The position numbers and the translations under genes are program-made. This document shows, piece after piece, positions 1-13,630 of a stretch of 64,000 bases of DNA (position 1 is the first letter of the stretch; each line of letters starts with the position of its first letter). Source of the DNA: Nemertoderma westbladi (taxonomy: Eukaryota; Animalia; Xenacoelomorpha). Under the pieces are notes generated by a model. That model saw only the letters and a list, made by a program, of their open reading frames with translations. It ran no database searches and had not been told where the DNA came from. Where the stretch lies: the NCBI GenBank assembly GCA_032718475.1, contig JAUCBJ010003768.1, positions 44,963 through 108,962 on the forward strand, read 5' to 3'.

Positions 1-1539
1 GTTGTACAAGAGGGGGTCATATTGACCCCCCCCCCCCCCCCCCCCCTCTAAAATCTACAAATTTTTACGAAAACGTCTGATTTTTTGTTTGTACGTAGGT
101 ATCACTAGTCAGGATACGACCGAGAAAAAAAAATTTCGAAAAAATGTACTGGGGTGGTTATATTGCAGCACCAAAATTACAAGTAGTGCACAATTTTCAG
201 AAAATTTGAAAGTTACATTTTTCGTCTAATTGTTTTTCAATACAGGTTTTCTGGGGCGCAAAATACATTGAAAAATATTTAAAAATGATATGATTACTAT
301 AAATGGCTGTTTAGTCCTCTCTGCGTAGGAAAAAAATGAAAAAAACAAGTAACCAGCACTTTTCAGTTAGAACACAAAATTTTAAATTCACTTATACGAT
401 GCTATAAATTCACATTTTCAGGTTTTCTAGGGCGCTGATTCTAATGGAATACATTTCTAAAATGCCCCATCATTGCAACTTGTATTTTTCGGCGTAATTT
501 GGCAAATTTTGGTGCTAGGACCAAATTTCGTACCCATCACCAAAAAGTACAAGTTTGCGATGTCCAGTGCTGTTTTTATTGATTCCATCGGATTCAGGAC
601 CCTCATACACCCGTATAACGCAATAAACAAGATGATACTATCTAATGATCAATTTGCTTATTTTCCAAAATTTAGTGCTGGCACAACAATTTTCACCCAC
701 CGGCGAAAAATACAAGTTTGAAAACTCTTATGAAATTTTTACTGATTCCATTGAATTCAGAACCCTCACAAACCCGTATAACGCAAGAAACAAGGTGACA
801 CAATCAATTTATATATTTGATGGTTTTCAAAATTTGGTGCTAGCACCACATTTTGCACCCACTTTCGAAAAATACAATTTTGAGATGCCTAGTTCGAAAA
901 TTATATATTCCATTCAATTCAGAATAGCCATAAACCTCTAAAACGCAAGAAATAAATTGTCACAAACAATTTTATCAATTAAATGGATTTTCAAAATTTC
1001 GTGCTAGCACCAAAATTTGCACCCACCACCGAAAAATACAAGTTTGATACGCTTGGTGCAACTCGTATATATTTCATCGAAACCAGAACCCCAAAAAACC
1101 CCAATTGCGTAAAAAACAAGTTTCACACAATCAATTTACAAAATTGACATATTTCAAAATTTGGTGCTGGCACCAAAAATTGGCACCCGCCGAAAAAAAC
1201 AAGTTTGAAATTTTTAAATCAATTTATATGAATTCCATCCAATTTCTAACACCAAAAAACCGGTGTAAATCAAAAATAGAGATGTTACAATTCATATTTA
1301 ATGAAATGTAACTTTCAAAAAACGTCTCAAAAAAGTGCCAAAAGTAGGGTTAAAATATGGTGCTATAACTCGAAAACTACCCAATATTTTTGAAAACGGT
1401 TTTCACTACTAGGAAGACAATAGATTTTTAGGAAAAGTAATAAAATTTCAGATTCCCAACTGCGTTTGTTTCAGAATTATAATAAAAAAACCACGGGGGG
1501 GGGGTCATATTGACCCCCCCCCCCCCGGGTTTAATAGGG
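1..1539 (+). mobile_element. Non-autonomous piggyBac-like DNA transposon (MITE), left end just outside window
   Basis: Ends CCCGGGTTTAATAGGG followed by TTAA (1540-1543); the reverse complement matches the left end of the second copy (TTAA CCCTATTAGTACCGGG at 4888). Subterminal palindrome GGGGTCATATTGACCCC at both ends; internal degenerate repeats around TTTGGTGCTAGCACCA; no transposase ORF. Confidence 0.8.
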
Positions 1540-4500
1540 TTAATCAAACTTGCAATTAATAATACTTATTCAAACTTGCAATTAATAATACTTAATCAAA
1601 CTTGCAATTAATAATACTTATTCAAACTTGCAATTAATAATACTTAATCAAACTTGCAATTAATAATACTTATTCAAACTTGCAATTAATAATACTTAAT
1701 CAAACTTGCAATTAATAATACTTAATCAAACTTGCACTTAATAATACTTAATCAAACTTGCAATTAATAATACTTAGGCCTAATAAAACTTGCAATTAAT
1801 AATACTTAGGCCTAATCAAACTTGCAATTAATAATACTTAATCAAACTTGCACTTAATAACATTTAATCAAACTTGCAATTAATAATACTTAGGCCTAAT
1901 AAAACTTGCAATTATTAACATTTAATCAAACTTGCAATTAATAACATTTAATCAAACTTGCAATTAATAATACTTATTCAAACTTGCAATTAATAATACT
2001 TAATCAAACTTGCACTTAATAACACTTAATCATAATACTTAATCAAACTTACACTTAATAGTACTTAACCAAACTTGCACTTAATAATACTTAATCAAAC
2101 TTGCAATTAATAATACTTAATCAAACTTGCAATTAATAATACTTAGGCCTAATCAAACTTGCACTTAATAACACTTAATCAAACTTGCAATTAATAATAC
2201 TTAATCAAACTTGCACTTAACCAAACTTGCAATCAATAATACTTATTCAAACTTGCAATTAATAATACTTAATCAAATTTGCAATTAATAATACTTATTC
2301 AAACTTGCAATTAATAATACTTAATCAAACTTGCAATTAATAATACTTAATCAAACTTGCACTTAATAATACTTAATCAAACTTGCAATTAATAATACTT
2401 AGGCCTAATAAAACTTGCAATTGATAATACTTAGGCCTAATAAAACTTGCAATTAATAATACTTAATCAAACTTGCACTTATCCAAACTTGCAATTAATA
2501 ATACTTAATCAAACTTGCACTTAACCAAACTTGCAATCAATAATACTTATTCAAACTTGCAATTAATAATACTTAATCAAACTTGCAATTACTAATACTT
2601 AGGCCTAATAAAACTTGTAATTGATAATACTTAGGCCTAATAAAACTTGCAATTAATAATACTTAGGCCTAATAAAACTTGCAATTAATAATACTTAATC
2701 AAACTTGCACTTATCCAAACTTGCAATTAATAATACTTAATCAAACTTGCACTTAACCAAACTTGCAATCAATAATACTTATTCAAACTTGCAATTAATA
2801 ATACTTAATCAAATTTGCAATTAATAATACTTATTCAAACTTGCAATTAATAATACTTAATCAAACTTGCAATTAATAATACTTAATCAAACTTGCACTT
2901 AATAATACTTAATCAAACTTGCAATTAATAATACTTAGGCCTAATAAAACTTGCAATTGATAATACTTAGGCCTAATAAAACTTGCACTTATCCAAACTT
3001 GCAATTAATAATACTTAATCAAACTTGCACTTAACCAAACTTGCAATCAATAATACTTATTCAAACTTGCAATTAATAATACTTAGGCCTAATAAAACTT
3101 GCAATTAATAATACTTAGGCCTAATAAAACTTGCAATTAATAATACTTAGACCTAATAAAACTTGCAATTAATAACACTTAATCAAACTTGCACTTAATA
3201 ATACTTAATCAAACTTGCAATTAATAATACTTAGGCCTAATAAAACTTGCAATTAATAATACTTAGGCCTAATCAAACTTGCAATTAATAATACTTAATC
3301 AAACTTGCACTTAATAACATTTAATCAAACTTGCAATTAATAATACTTAGGCCTAATAAAACTTGCAATTATTAACATTTAATCAAACTTGCAATTAATA
3401 ACATTTAATCAAACTTGCAATTAATAATACTTATTCAAACTTGCAATTAATAATACTTAATCAAACTTGCACTTAATAACACTTAATCATAATACTTAAT
3501 CAAACTTACACTTAATAGTACTTAACCAAACTTGCACTTAATAATACTTAATCAAACTTGCAATTAATAATACTTAATCAAACTTGCAATTAATAATACT
3601 TAGGCCTAATCAAACTTGCACTTAATAACACTTAATCAAACTTGCAATTAATAATACATAATCAAACTTGCACTTAAACAAACTTGCAATCAATAATACT
3701 TATTCAAACTTGCAATTAATAATACTTAATCAAATTTGCAATTAATAATACTTATTCAAACTTGCAATTAATAATACTTAATCAAACTTGCAATTAATAA
3801 TACTTAATCAAACTTGCACTTAATAATACTTAATCAAACTTGCAATTAATAATACTTAGGCCTAATAAAACTTGCAATTGATAATACTTAGGCCTAATAA
3901 AACTTGCAATTAATAATACTTAATCAAACTTGCACTTATCCAAACTTGCAATTAATAATACTTAATCAAACTTGCACTTAACCAAACTTGCAATCAATAA
4001 TACTTATTCAAACTTGCAATTAATAATACTTAATCAAACTTGCAATTACTAATACTTAGGCCTAATAAAACTTGTAATTGATAATACTTAGGCCTAATAA
4101 AACTTGCAATTAATAATACTTAGGCCTAATAAAACTTGCAATTAATAATACTTAATCAAACTTGCACTTATCCAAACTTGCAATTAATAATACTTAATCA
4201 AACTTGCACTTAACCAAACTTGCAATCAATAATACTTATTCAAACTTGCAATTAATAATACTTAATCAAATTTGCAATTAATAATACTTATTCAAACTTG
4301 CAATTAATAATACTTAATCAAACTTGCAATTAATAATACTTAATCAAACTTGCACTTAATAATACTTAATCAAACTTGCAATTAATAATACTTAGGCCTA
4401 ATAAAACTTGCAATTGATAATACTTAGGCCTAATAAAACTTGCACTTATCCAAACTTGCAATTAATAATACTTAATCAAACTTGCACTTAACCAAACTTG

Positions 4501-4891
4501 CAATCAATAATACTTATTCAAACTTGCAATTAATAATACTTAGGCCTAATAAAACTTGCAATTAATAATACTTAGGCCTAATAAAACTTGCAATTAATAA
4601 TACTTAGGCCTAATAAAACTTGCAATTAATAACACTTAATCAAACTTGCAATTAATAATACTTATTCAAACTTGCAATTAATAATACTTAATCAAACTTG
4701 CAATTAATAATACTTATTCAAACTTGCAATTAATAATACTTAATCAAACTTACACTTAATAATACTTAATCAAACTTGCAATTAATAATACTTAGGCCTA
4801 ATAAAACTTGCAATTAATAATACTTAGGCCTAATAAAACTTGCAATTAATAATACTTAGGCCTAATAAAACTTGCAATTAATAACACTTAA
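1540..4891. repeat. AT-rich satellite, 26-bp unit (TAATCAAACTTGCAATTAATAATACT) with 32-bp and shortened variants
   Basis: Direct tandem repetition; 1457-bp higher-order duplication (rare variants recur at 2031/3488 and 2616/4073). Confidence 0.97.
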
Positions 4892-5275
4892 CCCTATTAG
4901 TACCGGGCTATAAAATGTTGTACAAGGGGGGGTCATATTGACCCCCCCCCCCTCTAAAATCTACAAATTTTTACGAAAACGTCTGATTTTTTGTTTGTAC
5001 GTAGGTATCACTAGTCAGGATACGACCGAAAAAAAAAAATTTCGAAAAAATGTACTGGGGTGGTTATATTGCAGCACCAAAATTACAAGTAGTGCACAAT
5101 TTTCAGAAAATTTGAAAGTTACATTTTTCGTCTAATTGTTTTTCAATACAGGTTTTCTGGGGCGCAAAATACATTGAAAAATATTTAAAAATGATATGAT
5201 TACTATAAATGGCTGTTTAGTCCTCTCTGCGTAGGAAAAAAATGAAAAAAACAAGTACCAGCACTTTTCAGTTAG
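4892..5275 (+). mobile_element. Second, 3'-truncated copy of the piggyBac-like MITE
   Basis: Starts TTAA|CCCTATTAG; 4917-5275 is near-identical to 1-370, then breaks at TTTCAGTTAG into BEL sequence. Confidence 0.85.
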
Positions 5276-8200
5276 TTACTAAAGTCCTTGGTGGCCGCAA
5301 AAGTCAAATCCTTAAAGGGTAACAAAGACCTCTCCTTTTCGCTGTGTTGCGATTTCGGAAGAAGAGTGTCTAAGTTTAACTTAACTCGTGTCACTGGTAT
5401 TGCACGTTGTCCGTGCATACTACTTACGGTGTAACTGACATGCTTACCTTGTCTGAGATCCGTCACGACATCAGCTATCTGCTCATCCACGTAGCTGTGA
5501 GATGAGGCTGAATCCAGGATAGCGTAGATTCTCTTGCTCCCTTTTGTGCCAGTAATCTTAATCGGAATTACGCTGAAACCCTTTAGTTGGTCAGTCGTCA
5601 GAAGCGCGATCGATGGTTGTTCGTCTCCATCTGAATATACGTCGTCGTCTTCCGACTCTTCGTCCGACGATCCGGATTGTTCTGAGAAGCAATCCTTAAT
5701 ATGTGTCACGAAGGTTGGAGTCGTTTTCGATTCTCGATTCTTGTAGGCCGTATTACATTTCGCTGCTGCTTCCGGGTGTTCCCTGGCGAAGCGTTTTGTC
5801 GGCGTGTGGCTGTCTGTGTGGAGCAGACCGTCATGGTTGCATCCACAGGATGGACAAGTGTCGGTATTTGGGCAATCTTTGCGGACGTGTCCGTGTCGCG
5901 TACACCGCCAACAAGAGTCCAATGGCCGTATCTGCAGCCGTCGTTCTTCCGAGTTTAACTCGCGAAACTGTCGACAACCTCTCAACTTGTGACCGATATA
6001 CCGCTTGCCTAAATGCTCGCAGTATTGGCAGCCGCTGAAGTCTGTACTGAGTTGCTGTCTAGTCTGTTTTATTCCAATGGGCGCAGATACCCTACTACCG
6101 TCCGAGAATTGTCGTGTTTCCGTCGATGTGGCGTAAGTGGCCGTCTTGGTGGATGTTGTCTGGGGTTTTTGTCGGTTTGAGGATGGCAAGGTGATTCCTT
6201 CTGCTACGATGTGCTGGTCAGTGTAGTTGGATCGAGTTTCTACCACTGCTTCCCTGGATATCAAAAGGTACACATCTTCCAGTTTTAAGAATCCACCCCG
6301 CTCTTCCCGCTGGTATTCGATCTTCCTCCACTCCCGACGAAGTCGATGGTGGAGTCGTCCTATGATCTTTAATAGGACTGTAGGGGTATTCCCGTAGTCA
6401 AGTTGTCCAATGGATCTCAAAGTAGTGATAGCGTTCTTTATTTCGTCAGCCAGTTTCAATAAGTCGACGGGTTTAGTAATAGCCCCTCCCTTACAGAGTT
6501 CCTCTATCACTGACCTGGCCATGCTGACTGTACCTCCGTAGATCGAAGTTAAACGATCGTACGCTAGTTCGAAGGCGTCCGGTACACCAACGAAGGTCTC
6601 CGCCAAACGTTTAGGTTCTCCCGACAACGTTTGAAGCAGGTAATTAAACTTCTCCCGTGATGTAAAGGCGCACACGGCGATCTGAGATTCGATATAGTCT
6701 ACGAAAGTGTGCCAGTGTTTTGAGCTACCGGAAAACTTAGGTGGTTGTTGCACCGGTAGTCCTTGTCTAGCTGCGAATTTCGCTATTTCTTCTGCAACGT
6801 TCAGAGTTTCGCATCCTTGGTTGGTAATCTGGTTGATGTCCCTTCTTGGCGCTTTTCCCTGATATGCTGTGTTTTTTGAAGGTACCTGTCCTTGTGGTTC
6901 CTTCGGGTGTCTATTGTGTTCGAATTCAGTATTCCTCGAACTATCGGTTTGAACTTCCTCCAGACGTTCTTCAATCTGAGCCAACTTGTTAACAACTGGT
7001 CGCAGGATGTCGGCGAACTGTTGTGTACTGATTGCGTCCGTTGGTTGTAACGCCTTCTGTGTTGGTGTATTTCGTGGAGGATTGTCTACAAAGGAGTTGT
7101 CTGAACGCTCGCGTTTATATTCATCGGCCACCCCTGTTCTAAATACCTCGCGTTTCGGGTAATCCGATTCGCTCGAAGCACTACTATCATCTGGATATGG
7201 TGGTCGACGTGCTCGCGTCCGTTGCGTCGTACGAATTCTAACGTTTCGTTTTGGAACATCGTCCACTGATCTCCGTTGTTCGGTAGGCTCACAAGTCTTC
7301 CTCGAAGTCGTAGATTGGGATGTAAACTGGTTGAACGGTCGCGTATCCACTGTTCTCCGTTGTTCGGTAGGCTCACAAGTCTTCCTCGAAGTCGTAGATT
7401 GCGATGTAAACTGGTTGAACGGTCGCGTATCCACTGTTCTCCGTTGTTCGGTAGGCTCACAAGTCTTCCTCGAAGTCGTAGATTGCGATGTAAACTGGTT
7501 GAACGGTGGTCGGACGACAGCGTTTGAATCCAAAGGCCTTGTAGGCCTAAACGTCATTGGGTACGTGTAGTGCGTAACGAGTTTTGGTGTCGAAGGTGGA
7601 CTCACCTGTTTTGTCGTCAGTAGTGCAGGTCCAGTCAACAAACTACTACGATCTGTAATCGGTGGGTTACTTACCTTGACTTTCAAAATAGGCGACGACG
7701 TTGCTCTTGACGGTATGAATTTGTCCGGAATAACCAACCTGTGTTCCGTCGCACCATGGATAGGAGAAATATCACTACTACCCGCAATCGAAACAGGTTC
7801 CTTAGTTGTAACTGGTGCGAACATAGGGGTTACTTGAGGGAATCTTTGACATAAGTCTTTAACTAATTGTTGTTCCCGTCCAGGTGCTCCTATCGAACCT
7901 TCCTTCATTCGTTCCTGGATTTGGCGGTGCCTTACCTCTATCTGGTCCAAATCATGTCCGTCACGAGATCTCATCGATCGATCGCGGGCTAGAAGATCCA
8001 GATTTTCCTTGGCTTCGGCTAATTCTCTCGCCTTCTTCTCAAGTTCGAAACGAAGTTTAACTTCCTTTTCTCGTTGTTCCGTTTGTTGTTGTTGCGCCTC
8101 GAACTCCGCTTGTCGTATAGCTGATTGAGCTTTTATTTGCCGTGTCTTCATCTCGACTCTGGCTTCTGAAACTAACCTTTTTCTTTCTAACTCTGCCGCT

Positions 8201-9354
8201 GCCGTTTGTCACTCTAACTCGGCTGCTGCCGTTCGTTGCGCTAACTCGGCTGCCGCCGTTTGTCGCTCTAACTCGGCCGCTGCCACTGCCGTTTGTCGCT
8301 CTAACTCGGCTGCTGCCGTTCGTTGCGCTAACTCGGCTGCCGCCGCTTGTTGGGCAATGTCCAACTCTAACCTTTCCATTTCGGCTGCTTCGAGTTCGGC
8401 TTGTTCCTGCAGATGAGAGATTCTCGCTACATTCGCAACACGTATTTTCTCTTCCTCTACCGCTGCTTGTATCATTAGCAGTTGAGTTTGTTCTTCCATT
8501 TCGTGTTGCTGTCTGTAGAACTGTTTCTGTTGTCGAGCAACTTCTGACGTGACCATACTTCCCTCGCCAATTTCGCTACGAATACTTACCAACGATTGAT
8601 CCAGTATTCCCGGTGCCGATTCGATTCGTACGGGTGAAGTTTCCCTCGTATATTCCGGCACGGTTTCCAAATCGCCGACGTCTTCGCCGCACATACGTAA
8701 GTGGTCCGTCAGATGTTTAAATTGTCCATCTAGCCTATACAGTTCCTGTTCTTGCTCGGGTTGTAATAATTCGTCCGAAACTGACTCACCTAACAACTGG
8801 TCTGCTTGTTCCTGTTGTATCTGTCTAATCGTCGACTTAAACTGAATCAGTTTCTCTCTAGCGATCATTAGTTTCTCAAGGATTCTAAGTTGTGTGTCCA
8901 TATCCTGTCTCTGTCTAGCTAGATCTTGTAGACCAATTAGGTTATCTACGGACTTATGTACTTTACTCTGTACTCTTACCTGTAAAGTGTAGAACTCGAA
9001 CCGAGACATCGGAGCGGTCAACTCGTCTAATATGCGTTGGCCTTCTCCAATACTCCTGGTTATATGCGCCATGTAACCGCCGACGCTTCTAACCACACTT
9101 TCTGTGCTTCCTACTGAACTTACCATGTCCGTTTCCCTGTATCTAGGTTGCGGAACAGTTAGAAAGTCCTCGGTCCTGCCGTCGCCTCGTACTACGGCAT
9201 CCGGTACTCCCGTTGGATGTACTGGTGACGCACACGGTGTAGGTTCGGTAGGCTCGCGAGTCTTCCCCTGTAGTTCTTCCGCTGCTGACTTATCCGCGTC
9301 ACATGAGTCATAGTCGGTAGGTGTATTCTTCGTATAGTCTTGTTTGTCACTCAT
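5272..9354 (-). pseudogene. gag-pro: BEL/Pao gag-protease polyprotein with one in-frame nonsense codon and a C-terminal truncation
   Basis: ORFs 8209-9354 and 5272-8151 are in the same frame, separated by one TGA at 8209-8211. DUF1759-like PPKFSG..W..F/EKFNYLLQTLSGE motif, three Cys/His knuckles (CQYC..H..C, CWRC..H..C, CPSC..H..LLH), aspartic protease AILDSAS. 84-bp unit repeated 3 times in gag (about 7270-7510). Confidence 0.88.
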
Positions 9355-11479
9355 TTCGGTAGTTGTAAGTCAAGTAAAGTGAGTGTCAAAGTATCAAACT
9401 TACCGTATTTATATCTAAACGGTACTAATTACAGTCATATAAAATTAGCCTACCGGCCGATTTTATAGCAGATGGATAAAATTAGCCTAAACGGCCAATT
9501 TTACAGCAAATAAATGTCACGGAATAAGTATATAATAAAATTAGCCTAGCGGCCAATTTTATAACAAATAAATCGGATAACGATATGCGTTATCAAAAGG
9601 TAAATTAAATACAATAATACGGACTAATTCAGCAATGAACAAAGAAATCATACGGAATGCATAAATACTTGAGACAGTGGAACCCACAATAATTTTAACT
9701 AATACGGTAATGCCTAACTTATTTATGCAACTTTTCGAACTCACCCACTCCAATAATTCTCCAGAAAAACAGATTCCCAGATACAAACCGGACGTGAACC
9801 TTTCCGTTTTTAACGTTGCGGACGAAGCGCGATTTTCCCAACCAAAGTTGTTGAGTTATCTATCTCCCAAACTTGCTAAACACGGTCTTGCTCCCGTTAC
9901 AGTCTAGAAATGAGTTCTGAATCCTGAAAAACAAAAGAGTTAGGTTTTACTTTTACGAAAAATGTTGTACCGGTACAATATGGTATTTAAACCCTTTTAA
10001 ACACCGGTATTCAATTCCAAAAAATATTTTACACGCGGTTCAAATCAAATTTTATTTCAAAAAATTAGCACTTAGCTAATCAAATATAAACTTTTACCTC
10101 CTCAAAATACAAAATTTTCAAATAACTTTAGTCCTACCGAACCTGAGTTCAGTAAAACATATTCCTACTATTTGAAGAGACAGTAACAATACCTGCAATA
10201 TCCTACTGTAAAGTTTGTGAATCAAATCATAAATCCGACCTTCTCACCAAAACAGTAAACTCTAAGTAAGCGAATATATTGCAGTATCGATCTCTTATAA
10301 CCGGTGAGGCAGAAAACAGTCTACGAGCAGACAAACTTCGATAAAACAAAATCCCGCGCAGCGAATCCTAAAATCAGGCTGACTCACTGACGGACTAAGA
10401 GGCTCGTATACTTTGCCGCGGTGTGATTTATATGGTTGGGCGAAAGGGACGCTAGCTAGGTGCAGAGATTTGGAGATGTCTAACTAGCGGGCAAAGCGCA
10501 GTACGGACAAAAGTTAATTTTATATATTTTGAGGTGTAAATAATTTCTAACGCGCGCGTGTGTTAATTCTAAACGGGCAAAGCAGTTTTGCTCCTTCATA
10601 TATATAATTACTGGGTACGGTGTGCATTTAACGAATATTCTAATTTTGTAACTTGTAGGTCCAATACTCACAAATGATAAGGCTCCTTCCCCTCTTGCGT
10701 ATTTCCAGGACTCAAATTCAGGCATAAGGTTAATGCTACGCCCAGAATTCGGCAATTTTAATTTACCAGGTCCCTAATACTAAGAAGAAATGTGTTAGTT
10801 TACTACAGTAGGCGTACGGGTACTAATAGCTAGCCTGGCGTCCTATCTAGAATTTTGGTTACCTAGGTGGGCTTGGTAACTTCCTATCAGGACGTTGGCG
10901 GGGACACGGTAGATGTTAGTATATCCCTAATAGCCTCAATTTATTTGCGCCTAGTCGTAAACTGCCCTACCGCCTGAACGGTACAATCCTAATTCAGGTG
11001 AAACACAGCAACCCTCCTAGCCTACAAGTTCTAATGCAATGGACACCGTTGTACTACAAATAGTCGCAAACGCACCTGCACTTAGCAAGAATTAGGCGTA
11101 CAGTTTGCTGCACCCTACCAATGTGTATGCTTCGTACCAGTGTGCCTACGTCCTATCTGCGTACTAGTATCTCTGCCTGCTCTCTCCCTCCCCCCGTAGG
11201 AATATGAAGGTCTACTGCGGTTTTTCCTGAATTAAGACAGTACAGTCCGTAAATGATATTTTAGGCGTACAGCGTGTCACTACTTCTACCTTTGATCTTT
11301 GGTCTTACGCTTAGGTAGCAAGGCATCGAACGCTGTCTAACCTTTCAGGCGATGGGCGAATAACTAAGATGGTATTGCGGGTTGTCTCCTGTCTACATTC
11401 CCTTGATGTTCCCGTTCATTGCTGCGGCCCGATCTCTAGCCGGCCATCCTGTTCCTAAGTGTGTTCACCGTAGTGAATC

Positions 11480-12068
11480 ATGGTGAAAAGAAAAGGCAGG
11501 TAGCGGTATTTCTGGATTTATTGCAGATAATAATACAAAATGTAATCTGAAAACTAATGACAGAATAAACAAATATCAGATAACTCAGAATAATTGTGTA
11601 AGTGAAGAGTGTGAGAGTATAATTGAATAACTAATGAACAAATCGCACCTTTATATAGCAAATTTGTGCTGCAATCAATCGAGAACATTCTATAATTATA
11701 TTGGGTTTTTAAAGATAACCATTGGTCCAGCTAATATATAACTTGCACGACATTGGTTACAATCTAATAACTGCAGTCTCATTGGTTAATCTAGGTACAG
11801 ACAAATGCAATTTAATTTGTAGCGGTCAATTTAAATGAGTTGAAATTCTGCACAAAAAATAATTCGCACTTACTAGGATTCGAACTCAATACCTACTACG
11901 CATATAATTTCCAACGCTCTACCGACTGAGCTACTGAACCACTTGACTAAACATCGTACAATAGATATAACAAATGCAAATGAGGACTCAAAGTAATCTT
12001 TTAGCAAAGTTAATTCGAATAAAATAAAATTTTAAAAATCCACGGCATTTAGGGAATATAATTCTATA
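11480..12068 (-). promoter_or_regulatory. Putative LTR with three CCAAT boxes, TATA box and poly(A) signal
   Basis: Minus strand: CCAAT at about 11785, 11756 and 11725; GCTATATAAAGG at about 11648-11659; AATAAA at about 11517-11522. Inner boundary approximate. Confidence 0.55.
11863..11940 (-). other. tRNA-derived sequence with Pol III A/B boxes inside the putative LTR
   Basis: GGTTCAGTAGCTCAGTCGGTAGAGCG (A box/D arm) ... GAGTTCGAATCC (B box); no proper anticodon or acceptor stem. Confidence 0.65.
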
Positions 12069-12836
12069 TTGCAATTAATAACATTTAATCAAACTTGCAA
12101 TTAATAATACTTATTCAAACTTGCAATTAATAAATCTTCATCAAACTTGCACTTAATAACACTTAATCATAATACTTAATCAAACTTACACTTAACAATA
12201 CTTAACCAAACTTGCACTTAATAATACTTAATCAAACTTGCAATTAATAATACTTAATCAAACTTGTAATTAATAATACTTAGGCCTAATCAAACTTGCA
12301 CTTAATAACACTTAATCAAACTTGCAATTGATAATACTTATTCAAACTTGCAATTAATAATACTTAATCAAACTTGCACTTAATAACACTTAATCAAACT
12401 TCAATTAATAATACTTAATCTAACTTACACTTAATAATACTTAACCAAACTTGCAATTAATAATACTTAATCAAACTTGCACTTAATAACACTTAATCAA
12501 ACTTGCAATTAATAATACTTAATCAAACTTACACTTAATAATACTTAACCAAACTTGCAATTAATAATACTTAATCAAACTTGCAATTAATACTACTTAG
12601 GCCTAATAAAACTTGCAATTAATCAAACTTGCACTTAATAACAATTTAATCAAACTTGCAATTAATAATACTTAATCAAACTTACACTTAATAATACTTA
12701 ACCAAACTTGCAATTAATAATACTTAGGCGTAATAAAACTTGCAATTAATATTACTTAATCAAATTTGCAATTAATAATACTTAATCAAACTTACACTTA
12801 ATAATACTTAATAAAACTTGCAATTAATAATACTTA
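12069..12836. repeat. Continuation of the 26-bp satellite
   Basis: Same unit as 1540-4891, somewhat more diverged. Confidence 0.95.
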
Positions 12837-13414
12837 AAAGTAATATTGCTGCGATTATTTCATGCAGCACTAAAATATACAGGTATTCACAAAACTTCCT
12901 CACAGTTTCTGTGCACATGTTTGTGCCTGTTTGCACAGGTGCCGGTATGTTACATACCGGTATTTGAGGATCTGTAACTTTGTAGGATTTGTAAGCATTA
13001 CCAAACGAATGAAGATTGTTTGTAGGCCGAGAGCTCATACCGGTACGTCCTTCGAATCCTCGGCTGGGATTCCCATTGTTTGTAGGCTGAGAGCTAATAC
13101 CGGTACGTCCTTCCAACCCACGGCTGGGATTTCCCCAGTTTCCTTGTTGTGGCTGAGACGATGTAGGCCTCTTTAAAGACGAAACAAACTGGTTAAACGC
13201 TTCATCGTCATCAGAATCACTACCGGGCAGTATATATTTACCATTACACCACATAATGGAATTGGATTTCAGTTTATGTTGATGATGGAGATTTATTGTT
13301 TGGTCACTTCGAGAGCAAATTAAATTAGTAGCAAATTAAACAACTGTTTCATTCAGACACATTAGACCTATGAAATAATCTTATAATATCATAGGACCAT
13401 AGGACCATATAATA

Positions 13415-13630
13415 CCTTAGGAATGGTTCATCTTAAGTTCACTACTGGTGTGTAGAGGCGAGTAGGGAAGGGTGGAGGGGTGGGGGGGTCCATAGGAATG
13501 GTTCATCTTAAGTTCACTTCTGATGTGTAGAGGGAGGAGGGGGTGGGTCCATAGGAATGGTTCATCTTAAGTTCACTACTTGATGTGTAGATGGAGGAGG
13601 GGAGGGAGGAGGGTGGGGGGGGGGGGGAAT
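13415..13630. repeat. Three tandem copies of a 62-76 bp unit (TAGGAATGGTTCATCTTAAGTTCACT...TGTGTAG plus G-rich tract)
   Basis: Direct repetition at about 13418, 13492 and 13552. Confidence 0.85.

Larger units (their letters stand above)
5272..12068 (-). mobile_element. BEL/Pao LTR retrotransposon, 3'-truncated (putative 5' LTR, long leader, gag-protease; RT/RNaseH/integrase and 3' LTR missing)
   Basis: BEL-type gag and protease motifs; the 26-bp satellite resumes at 12069, marking the outer boundary. No PBS or canonical TG terminus identified with certainty. Confidence 0.8.

Noticed and set aside
473-1311. Short ORFs as a piggyBac transposase
   Set aside because: No transposase motifs; they are chance frames in internal repeats.
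8209-8211. Programmed stop-codon readthrough in BEL gag (TGA-C context)
   Set aside because: Neighbouring repeat units have CGA at the same position, so a CpG transition in a dead copy is the simpler explanation.
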